Below are positions 22,187-31,896 of a stretch of DNA of 31,896 nt, one piece after another. Position 1 is the stretch's first letter. Every line of letters starts with the position of its first letter. The notes beneath the pieces are model-generated. The model did not search any database and was not told where the DNA came from. It saw nothing but the letters and a program-made list of their open reading frames with translations. Source of the stretch: Ancylonema sp. (taxonomy: Eukaryota); assembly GCA_050230475.1 (NCBI GenBank), contig JBFLGF010000093.1, positions 124,001-155,896 on the forward strand, written 5' to 3'. A program made the translations under genes and the position numbers.

Positions 22187-22578
22187 TGTTAGATCCGGAT
22201 GGGAATTAGATCTAGTTTGGTAAAACACTCACAAGAAATATACACGATGGGAAATTTGTCAATAATGGAGGTGAGTACATGAGATGTTAGGAGTGAGAAA
22301 TGCTCACTCCCAACTCGAAATATATAGTGAAATCTCGGCTAGGGCGACTTCACTACAAATGTGGGACATTGAGTATCGCTCCAAACTGAAGTCGCATACA
22401 AGAACTAGTCGCTATAAGCGATCAACACTCGGTATAACAATAGCGAAACTCTACAAGGGCTCTAGCTCTCCCTAGAGCGACCCAAGTCGCGGTACAAGAA
22501 CACACACTCGCTACTTGCACACTAGGCTAGTAACGCTAGGTTAGGGAACTCGCTAAGGAGCCCTAGGGACTATAGCCA
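22187..22578 (-). repeat. 5' LTR of E (11-bp deletion near the outer end)
   Basis: Direct repeat of 16961-17353 that lacks gagggtcctaa. Confidence 0.92.
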
Positions 22579-22786
22579 GTACCCCCCCCCATTCACTACT
22601 CACTACTCCATCATCCCCACCACGCACTCCTCACTACTCCATCACTATCAACTCTTCACTATTCTTTCACCTCTACTACAAATTTGTTACTTTCAAACCA
22701 TTCGCCTCTATCTTTTCACGATCTGTCTGCATGTGTTTGTCTAGCGGACCACTTTTCCATGACGATAAGCGTCAAAGTCTGACAAG

Positions 22787-24639
<1,853 letters not shown>

Positions 24640-24947
24640 CTGACAAGACATTCCAAAACTAATAGTTTATGTCCAGTTTTCTAGAAGGTTGTCAACTCGC
24701 TTCGCTTCTTTCACCCAAGGGTGTAAGCATTTACCGTGATTGGTGCGGTACTGGTGTGGTAAAAATTAAGCGTCGTTTTGAGGTGGGTCAATTCGCTTAC
24801 TGGGTCACGGTATAATATATTTTTTACCCGGGTCATGATACTAGGTCACGGGATAATTAATAAAGTTTGCTTGGGTCAAGTTGGTTGGTCACCCCGATAA
24901 TGTTTTTTTTTTTTTTACTTGGGTCATTATGTATGGCCAATACGGTA

Positions 24948-25320
24948 TGCACGCTGCATGTGTTGTCATAATCCTACTTATTGAAACCACTAAACGCATC
25001 TAACATAGGTGTTAAGTGTAGATGTGGTTGTGATAATATGGCCAATTTGGGGGGCAGACTAGGGGTTCCCGCGGAGGCGTACGAATTAAGCACACATAGG
25101 AAAGTGACTTATTCATGTTGCCACCACTAATGTCTTTTCGCATAAATGTGTCCTTTGCGAACGTGAAAATGATATATTGATCCGTAAACTTTGTGAAGCA
25201 ATCAAGGCTCTAACAAGAAACGTGTATGTGACAACTAACTCTCAAATTCAATATGGCCGCCACTTTTTGGCAAGAACCTCGTTATGGTATCATACCAACC
25301 AGCCAATTCGAACGTAATAC
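24948..25320 (+). pseudogene. Paralog copy 1, 3' part: putative helicase motifs V and VI
   Basis: Homologous to 29957-30205. HKCVLCERENDIL (25141) has the spacing of HKxKGLExDNVxL, and RNVYVT(L)T (25216) resembles RxxYVAxTR. Confidence 0.55.
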
Positions 25321-25884
25321 GTGATTTATACCGGTCGACATGTCGGCCAATGAGCACAATAAGTACGCTTCAATAACATAAGCATTATATGCTTATAGGC
25401 ATGATTGCATACGCAACACGCACTAAATTTACGAAAGTGTACAAATTTTAAGGGCTTTTGCGTACGAAATATGTGCACAATACAGTTGGACGATTTTTTT
25501 CAAAGTAATGTTTTACACAACAAACTGACGTGAGGAAATCGATGCAAACGAGGGTTTTGAAAACAACGAAGTTCAGCCGTAGTCCAAGGTGATATGTGAT
25601 CCGCGTTTCGCATATGAGACAAACATGCAATGGTGGCATGTCTAGCCATGATGGTATCCTAAAAAAGCTTGCGTGAAAGGTGATGTTATGGAGTGGCTTT
25701 TTTTTTTTTTTTTTTTTTTTTTTTAATGCTTCACTATTTGTGTTCTCTTTTATTCAACTTCTCCGGTACACTATCCTCTCCGTTACAAGAGGTGCTCGGA
25801 GGAGTAGAAGGGGCCCCGTAGGAAGTGGAGTATTCTATAATAGGGGATTTTTTTTGGGTTAAATATGCACCAAAGAAAATGTAC

Positions 25885-25995
25885 GTCTCAGATTCGCCCG
25901 ATTCAGTCGGGTGATCTCCGACGTGGCGCCAATCCGGATCGGGTCCGACCCAGCTCCGATCCGGATTGTGTATTTTACGGGATCGGGCCAAACTA
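25885..25995. repeat. Probable DNA-transposon/MITE terminal fragment rich in ccga/tcgg motifs
   Basis: Clustered ccga/tcgg motifs and an aatccggatcgg...ccgatccggatt inverted repeat. No partner end or TSD was found. Confidence 0.35.
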
Positions 25996-26564
25996 AGGTA
26001 GGGTTTGTATTGATCATTCACACTTCTGAGTTTTGTGTTTTTGTTTTATTTTTTTGTAATGCACAGTTTTCCAAACTGAAAATAACATAACCCCAAAAAA
26101 GAAAGGAAAAAAAAAGAAAATGCACTCCCTCCCCTTGGAGCGAGGACGCCCGCACGTCTTCCCCTCGCAGGTGAGGGTGGACGTCGTCGGCCGAAATGTT
26201 GACGTGCTTGTACACAAACATGTTGCGGACGAAACATGACATAGTGTATGAGCTCGTGTCCTTGTGTTGCGTGCCTTGCACCGTTATAGAGGAATATATA
26301 TCTGGTCCATCGGACCTTTGTGTCGTTCTAAAGGGGAGAAATGCTCCATACGTCTACATTAAAATGAAGCTACTTAACTACTTATGCGGTTCTTTCTTAG
26401 GCATGAGTGTGATTGGCGCCCACTATTACTTGTACGAACAATCGATTGGGGTTTCGTCAACTAGGGGTTGACGATCGGGATTGCGTTGCCATTATTCAGT
26501 CGCCGCTAGTTCGATTTTTCGCTCAGCCGCCGCTCTTCGAGCGGGTTGCTGCATTTACTGTTTA

Positions 26565-26589
26565 GGGGTCAAGGGTCAAGGGTCAAGGG
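26565..26589 (+). other. (GGGTCAA)3-GGG mini-repeat with G-quadruplex potential
   Basis: ggggtcaagggtcaagggtcaaggg has four G-tracts with identical TCAA loops. Confidence 0.6.
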
Positions 26590-29037
26590 ACATTTCCCGA
26601 CAATATTTTCCGGACGACTGTTATTGAATATCTCGTGTAATTTCAATTTATAATTATTTTCTTTTATATATTTTATATCTTTGAGATGAGTCTTAGCTAG
26701 AATGGCCGTAAGCCTTGCTAGTATGCTAGTTTCGCTTCACCAAGAGCTTACCTTTCTTTGGATATTCAAGTAAAAACCATTTGGCACTTGGAGTTCTTGG
26801 GTAATGGGTTTGAGTGTTCGTGGGAGTAGGATCTACCAAGTGTTGTACGCTTTATATGTTTGTGCGGCTTTGTGTTTTATCTCAATACGATATGATTGGT
26901 AAAATGTAGTTTTGGTATAATGCGGGGCGTATATGATGTTGTGTATACATGCTAGACGATGAGTTGCGACAAGTCAAATAGTAGAGCATAGGTGATGACA
27001 TCACAACGGTCAGAGATCTTCACAATCTCACGTCGATATAATGCTAGTCGATATGGAAAAAATCTCGTTACAGTGATATCGAACCATACTGCACTTCAAA
27101 CCCACACTACAAGCACTCTCACTATACTTTAGTAACATTTGTTGCTGTAATCCAAAGACCATATTTTTAGTGATGTACGTTTCCCCCCCCCCCCCCCCGT
27201 GTATTACGTTTGTGCTTACAACAACTACGTAGGTGTGCTTGGTCGTTGTCCTCTACACACATGTGATGACTTGTATGCTCGCGTACGCAATTTTTTATAA
27301 CCTCGTGTAAATATTTTCATAATTTTTACTCGTGTTTTTTATTTATTTTTCATAGAGACAATAAGTCTAGCCTGCAACTGTTACCGTTTACACATGTTGT
27401 TGATTATACACACCGAACCGTGCATATCTTGGATAGTCACATCCGCCCTTTTAATCCCATAAATGGGCGAATCCGCGCCTACCGCGCGCCATTTCAGTCT
27501 CCCGCGCGCGAAGCAGATACAAAAATATCCGAGGAGCGGGGGCGTTTCAATGCGGCCGCATGCCCCTTTTCCTCGCACGAGTGACGTTTGGACTGCTGTC
27601 CCTTGTTGGCACGGCTAACCAACGGAATTTCCACCAGAAAATATTTAATTTGCTTGTTTCATACTCCCTTCCGTGAAAAATCCCTGAGCGCACAAACTCA
27701 AGCGATGAAGTTCTGGTAATGTGTTTTGAGTCTTTCAAAATTGACCGGGAATGAGGAGGCACGTGGAAAATTTGTCACTCAACCAGCAGGTAATCCTTGT
27801 ACCTGTTGTACATCCAGCATCGACTTTCCTGTGTATCTGACTTTTATTTAAACGTCTTTCTCTGTTTTTAAATAACAAAGTATTGTAATATCATAATCTT
27901 GGATTTTTTTTATCACGGTAATGTCTGAGCCATCATGGATTAGTGGTGACGTCGACGTGAATGGAGTCGTTGCCCTATGTGTCTTTTTGCTGATGTACTA
28001 ACGTGAAGAACATCTTTCTACACGCAGGCACCGAGGTCTCGTGGAACAGAAGATGAGGACATGAATCACAGGTAGTCCTTCAAAGCCTAGCGGCCGAAAG
28101 CAACATTTTCAATCTGTGCCTTTACGTCCTTCACGCCTTTCCTTCCTGTCCGGCTGATTTCAGGTAAGGTGTCGTTGTATCTGGTCTGGTATCTCGTGCC
28201 TGCTTCCTTTTTATAGTGGGAGGGAATCTGAATGATTTACAGTACATCTGCTTTGTGATGATGCGTCGTGCTGAATACATCAGAAAGGCAGCAGACTACT
28301 GATGTGTTTCCGCGAGTAAGCTTTTTTGGCATGAGATTAATTGAATTGACGAGCATATAGTCAAAATAGAATGAAGCTTTTTGGCGGTGCTGAAGTCTAT
28401 CAGTGCTGACTTCAACATACTTTCCCTAGTTGGAGTGTCGCAAAATAATCAGTGTCTCATAGGGGTCATAGATACAGATCCGTGTAGAAGGAAAGGAATG
28501 AGTCTATTGATGACTCAGAAGTAGATTTGGGCAGGTCGGGAAGTTCGGGAACTAATTTATAGTGACCCATCAACTTAACCCGGGCAAACGGAAATGATAT
28601 GTCCTGACCCGGACCTACATAGAGTCTACGGATTTTTTATTGGGCGCCATTCTCTATGACCACTAGTGTAAGGCACGGTATGTATGCCGCACGGTACGGT
28701 ACAGTACGCATGGCATACCGCACCGGTATACTGGCAGGTGGGACCATTCGTACACCTTTATGTATGGGTGAGGACTGGAAACCCGATGGGTATTCTGGGC
28801 TCACTGGATAAAAGGCGTGGCCGGGTAATCGGGGACAGAATCTGGCCACACAATTACGTGAATAGCGACCCACCTTTCACCAAGAATGTAGTCATTCATG
28901 GTTCATGGTGCAATAATTTAACTCAAGATGTTCCCGACGCATTGTAGTCACTATATTTGGGAGATTATCGATGACTAGTACGGTAGAGAAGTGCATGTTA
29001 TTTTGGTCGTGGTGCTTTCTTTATGGACGTGCTTGAT

Positions 29038-30215
29038 GGAGAGAGTGTAAAACTCCATCGCGTGGAATCGGATTGCAAATTCATATTGACATACAGGTCG
29101 TCTCAACAACTCTCTTTGGCACTCAAAAGAATCACAAGAATAATTATCTCCTTCTACCAAATTTTTCCAGACGGGATGCACGAGAGTTGGATGAACGTGA
29201 TCGAAGTCTCCAAGAACATTACGATGGGCACGAAGAAAGATGGTCTCGAGGTTGGATGCGTTGGAGTGGGAAACTCAGCTTTATTGTGTTTCACTGCGCA
29301 TTCTTCTTCCACGTTATCAGGTCCGTTTGGATGGTTGTAGGTGGCCATCATCCGTTTTGGTCGCAACACACGGCGGTACACGGAATCCTGTCAGGAATGA
29401 TGTTGATGGGCGCCTATTCGTCACACATGAGGTATTACAATTGATTTTTAGCTTGACTCCCGTTTTTCGCTCAGAGGCCATTGGTAATTGGTGTTGAATG
29501 TGGGTGATTGCATTGAAGAACATATAGTCACAAGTCAGATTTTTGTCGCAAATAGTAAGTGGAGGAGTGTTGTTGATTTTCCGAAGTGTGCCTATAGCGG
29601 TGGTGAACTATTATGTTGACTCCTCGTAAGGCCACGCCCACTTTGGACACTGTTATATACAAACATGGTGTTTTGCGTTTTGACTTTGTTATGGTTTACA
29701 ATCAATTTACTTGCACTTATAAATGTATTTGCAAAGGGAAAGGTGGGGTAATTATTGTGAATGTGTAAGTTGTTATGCTTTCGTTTCAACGTCGGATTGC
29801 ACTGTAAAAACCTACATAGTTTCGCTCGCAAACATATATCTTTTTGTTGTAGGAAGAAACTGGTATTAAGTATCAGTTTGAACTTGTTATCACAAAGAAT
29901 CATACTGCATTATCGAACAACCGTGTCTAAACGTTTGTCCCAAGTATGATTATTTATGCATGCCGCATGTGTTGTTGTCAATTTTACTAATTGGGACAAA
30001 TAAACGAATCTAACACAAGTAAGCTAATATGAAGATGCAGTCGTAACCATATAATCAACTTGGCGGACAGACAGGGGTCCTTGCAAAGTCGTACGAACGA
30101 AGCACACTATGCATTCCGCTGTCTTTGTGTTGCCACCACTTATGTGAGTCACGAGTGTGATAATGCTTTATTAATCCGCACAATTTTTGAAGCGATCAAG
30201 GCTAATATACCCTAA
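29038..30215 (+). pseudogene. Paralog copy 2: decayed putative UvrD/SF1A helicase-like gene
   Basis: YLLLPNFSRRDARELDERDRSL (motif Ia-like, 29145), VFHC (Ib-like, 29290), YVDSS* (III-like, 29615) and ECDNALL (V-like, 30153). Shows synonymous and conservative changes against copy 3 in this plus-strand frame. Confidence 0.55.
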
Positions 30216-30519
30216 TATGCATCGTATATTTTACACCCAAGTCTCAATGAACCGCTACTGTAGTCGGGCGGCTTGATGGTTGCCTCCCACCCTAGTAGTG
30301 ACACTAATCGGAAGTTTTCCATGCCCCTTTTCGTCACGGCCCCGGATTCAAACGAGGTTCTCGACCATAGAAGCGCCTTTGTGCGCCAGTACGCCGTTCT
30401 AGCGCCATCATTCCGCACTCGAACGACATTTGGATTTACTCGTCATACTGCCCGCAATTGAGTCACTTGTAGTGACACGGCTGACCATCCGGCTATTCAA
30501 CCGCGTGACCGTGTCAACT

Positions 30520-30636
30520 ACGGTTGGGTTGTTGGACATGGGCTGGGCGGTTGGACTCCGGTTGGAACTGTTGGCGGTTGGATAGACTGTTGGCGATTGG
30601 TCAACCGTGAGACTGACAAATCTCTCCCCAACCCTA
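30520..30636. repeat. Probable hAT-like transposon terminus with cggttgg/ctgttgg subterminal repeats
   Basis: Multiple cggttgg/ctgttgg motifs end in ccccaacccta (a TAGGG-type TIR on the minus strand). It separates paralogs 2 and 3; the other end was not identified. Confidence 0.45.
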
Positions 30637-30642
30637 TGTTGT

Positions 30643-31830
30643 CGGATAGAGAGTAATACTTCTTTGCGTGGAATGGTATCGCAATCATCTTTTGACACAA
30701 TGGTTATTCTAACAGTTATATTTGGTGGTAAAACAATATTCATTCTAATAACCCATTATCTCCTCATACCAAATTTCTACACGGGTTGCAAAAGAGTATG
30801 ATGAACGTGATTGATGTCTCCAAAAGCGTTACGATTCACATGACCTTAGATGGAATCGAGGTTAGATGGCGTGGAACGTGAAAATTTGGACGTGTCACTG
30901 CATGTGCCTCCTCCAAGTCATCTCCTTCGTTGGATAACTTAAATCTAGTCCTTCATATTGGTCACAAGAGACGGCAACGGACAATTATTCAACATTTTAT
31001 GTGCATGTGACCATGTCTTTAATAACATATATCATTGATTTCACCTTGACTCTTGTTTATAATCATAGGCCTACCACTTTGGTGTCAATAGTGAGATTGC
31101 GTCGATGTACATAACCACAGTTCGGTGTTCACAACTTTTGTTGCAAATGGCGAATAGAGAATAATATTATCTATTTCCCGAAGTGTGAGTATGGTGGTAG
31201 ATTTATATGATGACTCCTCGTAGAGAATACAACACCTAATAGAAATATGGCACATTTTGAAAACAATTTGCATACTTGACACCTCTTGTTACAACGAAGC
31301 TTCTTACAAATGATCTTGATTGTTCTAGTTCACAATCGGTTGACGTGCAATCAGTACCATTTTTTGTAAAAGGGAAATCGGTCTTATTGTGAATATGCAA
31401 GTTTCTATGAATTTTTATCGTGGATTAAAACGTGCGATACGTGGTTACACTCGCAAATAAATATATCCTTGAAGTGTAAATATCAGTCTTGGTCGTGTTT
31501 ACCGTGTTTTTGCACCAGTCGAAAGAACTTTGTATCGGTGTTGTTCACAAGAACGACAATCTTGCACATATCACATGTATTATTCATGGACCTACTCGTT
31601 GGACAAGTTGATGCACATGACACAACTTAGTGTGTTGGTGATCACGTAGATAGCGTTGCGGCCATAAACTTGGGGAGTAAACTTGGGAGGCAACGCACAG
31701 TGGTACAAATTAATCGCACGACAAATTATAATGCATTCGTGTTGCACCACTTGTGCCTTATCGCACAAGTGTATGCTTATTTTATGCATGCGATAATAAT
31801 CTTTCAAACAATAGCGATATTCCTATAGTC
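30643..31830 (+). pseudogene. Paralog copy 3: decayed putative UvrD/SF1A helicase-like gene
   Basis: HYLLIPNF(S)TRVAKEYDERD, IWTCHCMC (resembles IxTFHSxC), LYDDSS*RI, IRVATT and SHKC; colinear with copy 2. Confidence 0.55.
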
Positions 31831-31896
31831 GAATTTATTTCCGATGTATGGGTCATCATTAAAGCTTGTCGACGATTATGCTCGAAAAAAAAAACC

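Larger units (their letters stand above)
16961..22589 (-). mobile_element. Ty3/gypsy chromovirus E (Tcn1/Tf1-like), full length, decayed
   Basis: LTRs at 16961-17353 and 22187-22578, 5-bp TSD cattc at 16956-16960 and 22590-22594, domain order gag-PR-RT-RH-IN-chromodomain on the minus strand. Confidence 0.95.

Noticed and set aside
24648..24730. pogo transposase remnant (minus-strand WVKEA) inside the mariner element
   Set aside because: Too short and interrupted by stops to support.
26125..26205. Penelope-type hammerhead ribozyme (gagga...ggccgaaatgttg)
   Set aside because: The CUGANGA core is absent and the stems are unconvincing.
28520..28860. MITE-like fragments with cggta and ccggg motifs
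   Set aside because: Paired TIRs or a TSD could not be defined.
29154..29903. Minus-strand ORFs (e.g. HNNLHIHNN...FPF, ETSITFI) as the real coding frame of the paralogs
   Set aside because: These are in-register antisense shadows; the plus frame gives the longer ORF, conservative substitutions and interpretable motifs.

Overview
Eukaryotic, repeat-saturated window with no intact protein-coding gene. The left 16 kb is a pile of decayed Ty1/copia LTR retrotransposons: element A (minus strand) has a same-family element B inserted in the opposite orientation, followed by related family C and the 3' end of family D. A, B and C have a half-tRNA(iMet)-type PBS (GGTTATGGGCCC), three Gag zinc knuckles, hairpin-rich LTRs and non-CA LTR ends; B and C also show H(I/V)DD RT motifs. 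From 16.36 to 24.95 kb lies a non-autonomous Tc1/mariner-type TIR element (TA TSD). It hosts a full-length chromodomain-bearing Ty3/gypsy element E, with a Tf1-like self-priming PBS and a PPT copy retained outside its 5' LTR, and a hAT-type element (8-bp TSD) containing about 1.2 kb of (TA)n. Removing these insertions exposes three tandem, apparently intronless, heavily decayed plus-strand paralogs whose reconstructed peptides resemble UvrD/Rep (SF1A) helicase motifs Ia-VI; this call is inference from alignment by eye. The host cannot be fixed from sequence alone; the TE complement fits an early-diverging plant, alga or fungus.
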